From positions 22,942 through 86,941 of the forward strand of contig JBFWOG010000005.1 in the NCBI GenBank assembly GCA_050250645.1: DNA of 64,000 nucleotides, given 5' to 3'. The notes beneath the pieces are model-generated. The model made no database searches. It was given only the letters and a program-made list of their open reading frames with translations, and was not told the DNA's origin. A program made the position numbers and the translations under genes. The DNA is from Vicinamibacterales bacterium (GTDB taxonomy: Bacteria > Acidobacteriota > Vicinamibacteria > Vicinamibacterales > UBA2999). This document shows positions 39,523-50,747 of the stretch, in pieces; the stretch's first letter is position 1, and every line of letters begins with the position of its first letter.

Positions 39523-39642
39523 GACGAACCCGTCGAACCAGACGAACCCGTCGAACCTGACGAACCTGACGAACCTGTCGAACCTGACGAACCTGTCGAA
39601 CCCGACGAACCTGTCGAACCCGACGAACCCGACGAACCCGTC
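39523..39642 (+). repeat. Tandem nonamer array (GWCGAACCN, about 13 units), intergenic
   Basis: gacgaaccc gtcgaacca gacgaaccc gtcgaacct gacgaacct ... gacgaaccc. Fills the gap between two convergent stops (39510 and 39643). Confidence 0.95.
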
Positions 39643-39828
39643 CTAGCAGTCGAGGCACCGCGGTTCGTCGAAGATTTCCTTCTGCTTGTCGGGATGGTCC
39701 CGCGCGTAGTCGATGAGGCAGCGCACGGCCTTGCCGATGTCCGGGAGGCCATGCGTCCGGGCCATCTCCTCGAGAAAGAGCGCCTTGTCGGAGCCGAGCA
39801 CGAGCGTTTCCTTGCGGTCGTCCTTCAT
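39643..39828 (-). CDS. Small hypothetical protein, possibly ribbon-helix-helix
   Basis: 61 aa, MKDDRKETLVLGSDKALFLEEMARTHGLPDIGKAVRCLIDYARDHPDKQKEIFDEPRCLDC. Unbiased composition with a beta-alpha-alpha pattern. Confidence 0.5.
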   Translation of the reverse strand: MKDDRKETLVLGSDKALFLEEMARTHGLPDIGKAVRCLIDYARDHPDKQKEIFDEPRCLDC

Positions 39829-39929
39829 AGCCGGATTATCGCACCGGCAGCCCTGCGGCCCCCGGCCGGGTTAAACCCCCCGGCGCGCGGCCCGCTCTAA
39901 CGAGGCAGGACTCTTCGAGGGAGGGAGGC

Positions 39930-40505
39930 ATGACGCGCACGGGACAGGCACTGGCGGCACTGATGGTGGTCGTCGCCGCGACGGCGACGCCCCTGGCCGA
40001 GACGCGGCAGGCGATGTTCGAGGGACGCCCGGCCTTCGGCGCCGGGCTCGAGCGCGGCTACTACGTGTGGCGCGACGGCGACCGCTGGCACGTCCGCTGG
40101 ACGACGACGGGGCGGCCGCAGACCTTCTCCGGCACCGTGGTGGCCGCGGGGGGCGACATCGCGGACCTGGACCGCGTGGACCTCGAGCGCGAGGCCAGGG
40201 TGGTGAGGACCGGATCGCGGCCCGTGCTCGAGCGCGGGCCGCGCGGCCGGCTCCACGTGGAACCGCGCCCGACGGTGGCGGTGGTGCCGGCGGGCGGCGA
40301 CCGCGTGGAGCACGACGACAACGTCATCCGGTTCCACGCGCGCACCGACGCCGACATCGACGGGTTCGACTTCACCCCGGCGCCCGGCGTCCGCGAGCTC
40401 CGCTTCGTGCTCGAGGTCGACGGCCAGAGCCGGGCCGTCGACGTGGAGGTCGGCCGCGACAACCGGCGGCCCGACGGCAACCCGTTCACCGTGGCGCTTC
40501 GCTAG
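39930..40505 (+). CDS. Hypothetical secreted protein
   Basis: GGGAGG lies upstream of ATG 39930. Signal-like MTRTGQALAALMVVVAATATPLA. 191 aa. Confidence 0.55.
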   Translation: MTRTGQALAALMVVVAATATPLAETRQAMFEGRPAFGAGLERGYYVWRDGDRWHVRWTTTGRPQTFSGTVVAAGGDIADLDRVDLEREARVVRTGSRPVLERGPRGRLHVEPRPTVAVVPAGGDRVEHDDNVIRFHARTDADIDGFDFTPAPGVRELRFVLEVDGQSRAVDVEVGRDNRRPDGNPFTVALR

Positions 40506-40584
40506 CGCCCGCCGGCCGACTGCGCTACCATGGGATGTTTACGGGGGCGGCGCCTGCCGCCTCCGTGAACCATCCCGAGGAATC

Positions 40585-43628
<3,044 letters not shown>

Positions 43629-43632
<4 letters not shown>

Positions 43633-44660
43633 TCGCGCTCCTGCTCGCGGCCAGCCTCGCCACCCAGGTGTCGTTCGAGGCCGCCGTCGCGGCCCTGGCG
43701 GCGCCCTCGGCCGCGGCGCGGCTCGACGCCCTCGCCGCGCTCGAGGCGTCGGGCTACCCGGAGGCGCTCGCGCCGGTGGCGGCCCTCGCGCGCGACCCGG
43801 ACGACGCCGTGCAGCGCCGCGCGCTCGCCGCCCTCCTCGGGCTGGCGCGGCCCGGGCGCGTCGCCGGCGGGCCGGCGCGCGCCTTCGACGAGGCGGTGAC
43901 ACCGGCGGTGTCCGTGCCGCCCGGGGTGTTCGACCCGGTCGCCGTCGCGATGGGGGACGCCTCCCCGGGCGTCCGCATCGACGCGGCCTACACCTTCGCG
44001 GTCCTCGCGGGCCGTCCCGCGCGGGGCGTGCCGGCGCCCGCGCTGGCGGCGGCGGCGCGCGCGCTGGGCGTGATGCTCGGCGACGGCGACGCCGGCGTGC
44101 GGGTGGCGGCCGGCCGCGCGGCGGGGCACCTCTTCCGCGCCGACCTGGCGGCGGTGCCGCCCGCGGGCCCGATGCCCGCGCCGCTGGCCGACGCGCTGGT
44201 CGCCGCGATGAACCAGCCGGACGAGACGGAGGAACTCGTCGCGATGCAGGCGCTCGGCTTCGCGCGCGAGCCGCGGGCCCTCGTCGCCCTGACCGAGCGG
44301 TACCGGTACCACGCCGCGGAGGGACACCGCCTCGGCGCGGCCGGCGCCCTCGACGCCCTGGCGCACCTCGCGCGTCCCGAGAGCGTGCCGCTCTTCGAGG
44401 CGCTCCTCGCCGGCGGGTCGCCACTCGAGCGGCGGCTGGCGATTGAAGGCCTGGCCCGGATGGGCGACCCGGCGCGGCTGCCGGCCCTGGCCGCGGCGGC
44501 CGCCGGCGCGCGCGACGGGCAGGTCCGGCTGGCGCTCCTCTTCGCCCGCGAGCGGCTGCTCGGCGACGGTTCGGCCGCGGGCCTCCGGGACGCGCTCGGC
44601 GACAGGCGCCTCGGCGGGCAGGCGGCCGACTACCTGCGCGAGCTGGGCCTGGCGCCGTGA
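43629..44660 (+). CDS. HEAT-repeat (PBS-lyase type) protein
   Basis: The tail of ORF 41592..44660 from ATG 43629 (MIALLLAASLATQ...). Repeats include RDPDDAVQRRALAALLGL, GDASPGVRIDAAYTF and GDGDAGVRVAAGRAAG. ATGA overlap with uvrA and GTGA overlap with mpg. Confidence 0.7.
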
Positions 44661-45289
44661 ACCTGCGGCGCGACTTCTACGCGCGCCCCACGCTCGACGT
44701 CGCGCGCGACCTCATCGGCAAGCTGCTCGTCCACCGCACCCCCGAGGGCACCTCCTCCGGCCGCATCGTCGAGGTCGAGGCCTACATCGGCGAGGACGAC
44801 CCGGCCTGCCACGCGGCGGCGGGCCGCACGCCGCGCAACGAGCCGCTCTACGGACCCCCGGGAGTGGCGTACGTCTACCTGAACTATGGACTCCACCACC
44901 TGGTGAACGCGGTATCGGAATCGGACGGCTACCCGGCGGCCGTGCTGATCCGGGCCCTGGAGCCGGTGGAGGGGCTGCCGCTCATGCGGCGGCGCCGGTC
45001 GCGCGCGCCGTGGCGGGCGGGCAAGGGCGCGGTGCCTGACTGGGACCTGTGCCGCGGGCCGGGCAACCTCACGCGGGCCATGGGCATCACGCTCGCGCAG
45101 AACACCGCCGCGCTCACGCGCCTGCCCCTCGTGGTCCGGGACGAGGGCGGGACCGCCGGCGAGCTGGCGTACGGGCCGCGAATCGGCATCTCGGCGGGGC
45201 AGGACCGGCCCTGGCGGATCGTCGAGGTGGGGAGCCGCGCGGTCTCGGCGCGGCGGCTCACCCGTAGTGCAGGGCCTGGTTCGGATTGA
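44657..45289 (+). CDS. mpg: DNA-3-methyladenine glycosylase (Mpg/AAG family)
   Basis: GTG start. FYARPTLDVARDLIGKLLVH...GRIVEVEAYIGEDDPACHA...RNEPLYGPPGVAYVYLNYGLHH. Confidence 0.9.
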   Translation: MNLRRDFYARPTLDVARDLIGKLLVHRTPEGTSSGRIVEVEAYIGEDDPACHAAAGRTPRNEPLYGPPGVAYVYLNYGLHHLVNAVSESDGYPAAVLIRALEPVEGLPLMRRRRSRAPWRAGKGAVPDWDLCRGPGNLTRAMGITLAQNTAALTRLPLVVRDEGGTAGELAYGPRIGISAGQDRPWRIVEVGSRAVSARRLTRSAGPGSD

Positions 45290-45351
45290 GCGACGCGGCC
45301 CGCCCGGCGGGGAAGTGGCCGACGGCGCCGCCGGCGGTCCCGCCCGCGCGG

Positions 45352-46563
45352 CTAGTCGGACGGCCCGGCCGGCACGCTGGGATCCGGCTCGTCGGGCGCC
45401 GACTCACCGGAGGTGACGGCCGGGGTATCGGGGCCGCCGGCCGCGGCCGGGAGGTTCGCGACGTGCATGGTGAGCTGCGGGAACGGGATGGAGATGCCCC
45501 GGCGGTCGAGTTCCTTCTTGATCCGGCGGCGCAGCTCGCGGCCCACCTCCCACTGCTTGAGCGGGATGCACTTCAGCCGCACCTTGAGGGTCACCTGTGA
45601 GTCGGCGAACGCGTCGACGCCCATGACCTCGAGGGGCTCCAGGATGCTCGGGCCGTACTTCGGGTCCCGCCGCATCTCCTCGACGACGTCGATGAGGGCG
45701 GCCGCGACGCGGTCGGTGTCCTCGGCGTAGTCGACGCCCATGTCGATGACGTAGAACGAGAACTCCTTGGTGAGGTTCGCCAGCGTGGTGACCGACCCGT
45801 TCGGGAACACGTGGACCGTGCCCTGGAGGTCGCGGAGCACGATCGTCCGGAGGTTGATCTGCTCGACCGCGCCGCCCACGCCGTTCACCTGCGCGACGTC
45901 GCCGACCCGCACCTGGTCCTCGACGATCATGAAGAACCCCGAGATGAAGTCGCGGACGAGCGTCTGCGCGCCGAAGCCGACGGCGAGGCCGAGGATGCCG
46001 GCACCGGTCAGCACCGGCGTGATGTCGATGTCGAGCTCGCGGAGGATGATGAGCACCGAGATCGCCCAGACCATGGCGGCGAGGCCGCCGCGCAGGAGGC
46101 CGGTGACCGTGGCGGCGCGCCGTTGCCGCTCGACCGCGTCGTTGCCGGTGCCCGACGACATGTCGCGCTGCACCCGGTCGATGATGGTCGAGATGAACTG
46201 GTTCATCAGGAAGGCGACGGTCAGGATGAGCGCGATCCGGAGCCCGGTCTCGGTCGCCCACTCGGCGAGGTCCTGCGGGTGGAGGCCGACCTTGAGGTTC
46301 ACCCCGGCCAGGTCGAGGGCGGGGAACGCGAACACCGCGAGGCTGATCGCGAACGTCACGAGGCGGATGACCCGCACGGTGACGCGCACCACGTTCGTGC
46401 CGACCGTGTCGCTCGCGTGGATGTGCTTGAAGAGCTGCCGGGCGATGCGCGCGGCCCCGAGGGCGATCGCGATCGCGAGCGTGATGGCGATGCTCATCGC
46501 GAGCGTCACCTCGGGCCAGTTGGCGGGGAGGGTGGTGGCGGCGGTGCTGGCGCTGTCCTGCAT
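45352..46563 (-). CDS. Mechanosensitive ion channel family protein (MscS-like)
   Basis: ORF 45352..46692 trimmed to ATG 46563. LGLAVGFGAQTLVRDFISGFFMIVEDQVRVGDV is the MscS core. Confidence 0.9.
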   Translation of the reverse strand: MQDSASTAATTLPANWPEVTLAMSIAITLAIAIALGAARIARQLFKHIHASDTVGTNVVRVTVRVIRLVTFAISLAVFAFPALDLAGVNLKVGLHPQDLAEWATETGLRIALILTVAFLMNQFISTIIDRVQRDMSSGTGNDAVERQRRAATVTGLLRGGLAAMVWAISVLIILRELDIDITPVLTGAGILGLAVGFGAQTLVRDFISGFFMIVEDQVRVGDVAQVNGVGGAVEQINLRTIVLRDLQGTVHVFPNGSVTTLANLTKEFSFYVIDMGVDYAEDTDRVAAALIDVVEEMRRDPKYGPSILEPLEVMGVDAFADSQVTLKVRLKCIPLKQWEVGRELRRRIKKELDRRGISIPFPQLTMHVANLPAAAGGPDTPAVTSGESAPDEPDPSVPAGPSD

Positions 46564-46576
46564 TGGCTCCTGTCGG

Positions 46577-47806
46577 TTACCGGGCGCCCCGGCGGGCGGA
46601 ACGCTGCCGCTCCACCGGCACCCGGAAGGTCTGGCGGCGTCCCTCGCGGACGACGGCGATGGTGGCGGTGCTGCCGATGGGCGCGTCGGCAATGGTCCGC
46701 ATGAGTTGTGACGTGTCGCGGATGGCCTGGCCGTTGACCTCGACGATGACGTCGCCGGGCCGGATGCCGGCGGCGTGGGCGGGCGACCCCTGGATCATCC
46801 GCGTGATGAGGACGCCGTCGGTCTCGGGCACCGCGAGGTCGCTCGCGAGCCGCGACGTGAGGGGCGCCACCTCGAGGAAGCCGATCGACCCGCGGCGGAC
46901 CTCCCCGTACTTGATCAGGTCGTCCACGATGCGCCGCACGAGCACGCTCGGCACCGCGAAGCCGATCCCCTGGTAGCCGCCCGACTGCGAGAAGATCGCC
47001 GTGTTGATCCCGATGAGCTCGCCGCGCGCGTTGACCAGCGCGCCGCCGGAGTTGCCGGGGTTGATCGCCGCGTCGGTCTGGATGAAGTCCTCGTAGGTCG
47101 TCAGGCCCACGTTCGACCGCCCGAGCGCGCTGACGATGCCGAGCGACACGCTCTGGTTCAGCTGGTACGGGTTCCCGATCGCCATGACCCACTCGGCGAC
47201 CCGGAGGCGCGTCGAGTCCCCCCACGGAATAACGGGGAGCCCCGTCGCGTCCACCTTCAGCAGGGCCACGTCGGTGTCCGGATCCACGCCGACGATCGTC
47301 GCCTTGAACGTCCGATGGTCCGCGGTCGACACCGTGACCTCCGCGATGCGGCCCTCGCCGATCACGTGGAAGTTGGTGACGACGTAGCCGTCAGGCGAGA
47401 TGACGACGCCCGAGCCCAGGCTGGACGCGTAGCGGTCGCGCAGGCCGTACGCCCCGTCCATGTCGCCGAAGAACTGCTGGAAGAACGGGTCGCTGAACAG
47501 GGGCGACGTCCGCTGCCGGACGACCTGCACCGACGAGATGTTGACGACCGCCCCGACGGTCCGCGCCGCCACCGACGTGAAGTCGGGGCCGGGCGCGAGG
47601 ACCGGGGCCGCCTGGCCGGCGCCGGCCGCCGGCAGGTCGCCGGCGCCGGGATCCGCGGCCGGCGTCCGGACGTCGCCCGCCACCGGCGGCGCCTCGCCCG
47701 CGCCGGCGAGCGCCTGCTGGTGGGGAGCGAACCGGCCGGACAGCACCAGCCCGGCGGCCAGGCCGGAGACGAGCAACAGGGATGCGAGGGTGACACGGGT
47801 GAGCAT
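46577..47806 (-). CDS. HtrA/DegP-family serine protease with one PDZ domain
   Basis: ORF 46577..48394 trimmed to ATG 47806. Catalytic triad context VVTNFHVI, DTDVALLKV and TDAAINPGNSGGALVN. PDZ segment GSPAHAAGIRPGDVIVEVNG. Confidence 0.9.
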   Translation of the reverse strand: MLTRVTLASLLLVSGLAAGLVLSGRFAPHQQALAGAGEAPPVAGDVRTPAADPGAGDLPAAGAGQAAPVLAPGPDFTSVAARTVGAVVNISSVQVVRQRTSPLFSDPFFQQFFGDMDGAYGLRDRYASSLGSGVVISPDGYVVTNFHVIGEGRIAEVTVSTADHRTFKATIVGVDPDTDVALLKVDATGLPVIPWGDSTRLRVAEWVMAIGNPYQLNQSVSLGIVSALGRSNVGLTTYEDFIQTDAAINPGNSGGALVNARGELIGINTAIFSQSGGYQGIGFAVPSVLVRRIVDDLIKYGEVRRGSIGFLEVAPLTSRLASDLAVPETDGVLITRMIQGSPAHAAGIRPGDVIVEVNGQAIRDTSQLMRTIADAPIGSTATIAVVREGRRQTFRVPVERQRSARRGAR

Positions 47807-47868
47807 GGCAGAGGGCCCGCAGGCTTGGGGGGCGACGCGCCCCGCGATCCGAGTGGCGGCGCGAGCCG

Positions 47869-48270
47869 CTAGCCGACGGCGACGCGCCGGGGCGACGACC
47901 CGGGCGCCTTCGGCACCACGATGGTCAGGACCCCGTTGGCCAGGTCCGCCGTGATGCCCGCGGCGTCGACGGTCGGGGGCAGCGCGAAGGTCCGGGCGAA
48001 CTCGCCGTGGCCGCGCTCGACCTGGTGGTACTGCTCGCACGGCGCCCGCGAGTCGCGCCGCCCCTGGAGCGTGAGCCGCCCGTCGTGCAGCTCGATGCGG
48101 ATCTGCTCGCGGGCGAGCCCGGGGAGCTCCGCCGTGATCAGGAAGGCGTCGGCCGTCTCGCAGAGATCGACAGCTGGCATCCATCCCTGCGGCCCGGCCG
48201 CCGCCAGGCGCTCGAGCCGGTGCTGGATGGCAAGCATGTCGCGAAGCGGGTCCCAGCGCGCGAATGCCAC
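47869..48270 (-). CDS. Hsp20/alpha-crystallin family small heat-shock protein
   Basis: The tail of ORF 47869..50628. A GTG start at 48270 gives VAFARWDPLRDMLAIQHRLERL...PAVDLCETADAFLITAELPGL...GVLTIVVPK. Start approximate. Confidence 0.8.
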   Translation of the reverse strand: MAFARWDPLRDMLAIQHRLERLAAAGPQGWMPAVDLCETADAFLITAELPGLAREQIRIELHDGRLTLQGRRDSRAPCEQYHQVERGHGEFARTFALPPTVDAAGITADLANGVLTIVVPKAPGSSPRRVAVG

Positions 48271-48429
48271 GATCCGAATCGTAGCACGATTGCCCGAAGC
48301 CGGGCCGTTCTGTGCTACGATCCACCGGTTGTACCCGTGCGCGCGGACCGGCGCCATGCGCCGCACGTCCCCGCGCCGTGCCGGCCCTGCCCATCGACGG
48401 CGGGGCCGCGCGTTCCCGACCGAGGCATC

Positions 48430-48996
48430 ATGGCTGACACCCTGCAGGCGACCCGGCTCAAGAAGGGGATGATCATCAAGCTCGACAACGAGCTGGTGCG
48501 CATCCACGACCTCATGCACGTCACCCCCGGCAACCTCCGGGGCTTCGTCCGCATGAAGGGCCGCAACCTCCGGACGCAGACCATGATGGAGACGAAGCTG
48601 CGCTCCGAGGACGTGCTCGAGCGCGCCGTGCTCGACGAGAAGGAGATGCAGTACCTGTACAACGACGGGGACGGCTATCACTTCATGGACACCACGTCCT
48701 TCGAGCAGATCCACATGACGGCGGACTCGCTCGGCGACGCGGTCGGCTACCTGAAGGCCGAGTCCACCATCAAGGTCGAGTTCTACGGCGAGGAGCCCGT
48801 CGGCGTGGAACTGCCGCCGACCGTCGACCTCAAGGTCGTCGAGACCGTGCCCGCCATCAAGGGCTCCACGGCCAGCGCGCAGATGAAGCCCGCGACCCTC
48901 GAGACCGGCATCATCGTCCAGGTGCCCCCGTTCGTCGGCGAGGGGGAGCTGATCAAGGTCAGCACCGACACCGGCGAGTACCTCTCGCGCGTCTAG
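48430..48996 (+). CDS. efp: Elongation factor P family protein (atypical loop, YeiP/EfpL-like features)
   Basis: ORF 48007..48996 trimmed to ATG 48430 (MADTLQATRLKKGMIIKLDNELVRIHDLMHVTPGNLRGFVRMKG...ETVPAIKGSTASAQMKPATLETG...). 188 aa. Confidence 0.85.
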   Translation: MADTLQATRLKKGMIIKLDNELVRIHDLMHVTPGNLRGFVRMKGRNLRTQTMMETKLRSEDVLERAVLDEKEMQYLYNDGDGYHFMDTTSFEQIHMTADSLGDAVGYLKAESTIKVEFYGEEPVGVELPPTVDLKVVETVPAIKGSTASAQMKPATLETGIIVQVPPFVGEGELIKVSTDTGEYLSRV

Positions 48997-50747
48997 CCCG
49001 CCGGCCGCCACGGCCGGCCGGCCTCGCGTTCGCGATCGAGCAGGCGGCGGAACACGCCGCCCCTCGCCAGCAGCGCCTCGAACCCTCCGCGCTCCACCAC
49101 CCGCCCCTCCTCGAGCACCACGATCTCGTCGGCGCGGACGAGCGCCTCGAGGCGATGGCTGACGAGCAGCACGGCGTGGCCGTCGGCCAGCCGCCTCGCC
49201 TGCTCCGCGATGAGCCCCGCCGTCGCCGGGTCCACCTGGGACGCCGGCTCGTCGAGCAGCACCACCGGCGTGCCGGCGAGCAGCACGCGCGCGAGCGCCA
49301 GCCGCTGGCGCTCGCCCCCCGACAGGCTCGCGCCCTGCTCGCCAATCCACGTCCCGAGTCCCGCGGGCCACGCCTCCACCGTCGACCGCAGGCCGGCCCG
49401 GTCGAGCGCGTCCACCAGCAGGCTGTCGTCCGCCTCGGGGCGGGCGAGGCGGAGGTTCTCGGCCAGCGTCCCCGTGAAGATGTCCGTCCGCTGCGCCATC
49501 CACGACACGCGGCGGCGGAGCGAGGGCTCGTCGTACGCGTCGAGGGCCCGCCCGTCCAGCCGCACGCTGCCGGACGGCGCGTCGTAGAACCGCAGCAGCA
49601 CCTGCACGAGGGTGGACTTGCCGGCGCCGCTCTCGCCGACGAGCGCGACGAGCCGTCCCGGTTCGAGGCGCAGGTCGACGCCGGCGAGCGCCGGTCGTGA
49701 CTCGCCGGGGTAGGTGAACGTGAGGCCCGACACCTCGAGCACGCCCGTCCCGCCAGGGGGCGGAAGCGCGGCGGCCGGGGCGGGGCGCGGCGCCGCGGGC
49801 GGCGCGTCGAGGCCGGGGACCCGGGTCGCGGCCGTCCACGTGCCGGCCAGCGCCTGGATGGCCGCCGGCAGCGGCGCGACGGCCTCGAAGCTCGCGAGCG
49901 CCACGAGGGCGGCGACGGCCAGCTGCACGCCGGTCACGTCCCCGGCGACGACGCGCGGCGCGATCCACGCCACGACCGCGACTGCCGTCAGGTCCGCCAG
50001 CGCCGCGGCCGCCGACGCCCCGAGCGAGCGCGCGCGCTCGGCGGCGTGTTGCGCCCGCGCGAGCCGGCCGTCGAGGCGGGCGAGGTCGTCCGCGTGCGCC
50101 GGGCCCGCGCCGAAGGCGAGCAGGTCGGCCGCGCCCTGCACGCCGTCCACGAGCCGCGCGTGCACCTCGGCCCGCAGCGTCACCCGGGCCGCCTCGGCGC
50201 GGGCGCCGAGCCGCCACGCGGCGAGCGGGACGACGAGGCCCGCGAGCACGAGGCCCGACACGGTCACGAGCGCGGCGCCCCCGTCGATGCGGCCGATGAT
50301 CCCGGCCGCGAGCATCGTCACCAGCCCCGCGCTGGCGAGCGGCCCGGCCACGCCGACGTAGGCATGGTCGACCGTGTCGACGTCGGCCACCAGCCGGGCG
50401 AGCAGGTCGCCGCTCGCGTGCCGGCGCCAGGCGGCCGGCACGAGCGGCGCGAGCGCCAGGAAGGCGTGGATGCGGAGGCGGGCCAGCAGGCGCAGCGTGG
50501 CGTCGTGCGAGACGAGCCGCTCGACGTAGCGCGCGATGCCCCGGCCGATGCCGAAGAAGCGGACGCCGACGATCGCGACCTGCAGGGCGGCAATCGGGGG
50601 ACGGCGCGCCGCCGAGGCGATGAGCCACGCGGACGTGCCCATGAGCGCCACGGATGCCGCGACGGTCACGGCCATCAGCAGCGCGCCGGCGGCCAGCCGG
50701 GCGGCGAGGGGCTTCGCCAGGCGCGCGAGCCCGCGCGCGACCCTCAC
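48993..50747 (-). CDS. cydC: Thiol reductant ABC exporter subunit CydC
   Basis: Part of ORF 48993..52253 from GTG 50747, with a GTGA overlap onto the cydD stop. Six-TM domain, Walker A GESGAGKSTLV, LSGGERQR, Walker B VLLDEP. Confidence 0.85.
   Translation of the reverse strand: MRVARGLARLAKPLAARLAAGALLMAVTVAASVALMGTSAWLIASAARRPPIAALQVAIVGVRFFGIGRGIARYVERLVSHDATLRLLARLRIHAFLALAPLVPAAWRRHASGDLLARLVADVDTVDHAYVGVAGPLASAGLVTMLAAGIIGRIDGGAALVTVSGLVLAGLVVPLAAWRLGARAEAARVTLRAEVHARLVDGVQGAADLLAFGAGPAHADDLARLDGRLARAQHAAERARSLGASAAAALADLTAVAVVAWIAPRVVAGDVTGVQLAVAALVALASFEAVAPLPAAIQALAGTWTAATRVPGLDAPPAAPRPAPAAALPPPGGTGVLEVSGLTFTYPGESRPALAGVDLRLEPGRLVALVGESGAGKSTLVQVLLRFYDAPSGSVRLDGRALDAYDEPSLRRRVSWMAQRTDIFTGTLAENLRLARPEADDSLLVDALDRAGLRSTVEAWPAGLGTWIGEQGASLSGGERQRLALARVLLAGTPVVLLDEPASQVDPATAGLIAEQARRLADGHAVLLVSHRLEALVRADEIVVLEEGRVVERGGFEALLARGGVFRRLLDREREAGRPWRPAG

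Noticed and set aside
39507-39752. 81-aa minus-strand ORF rich in SSGSTG
   Set aside because: It is a translation of the intergenic nonamer array, and it overlaps the better-supported 61-aa ORF in another frame. There is no start context.
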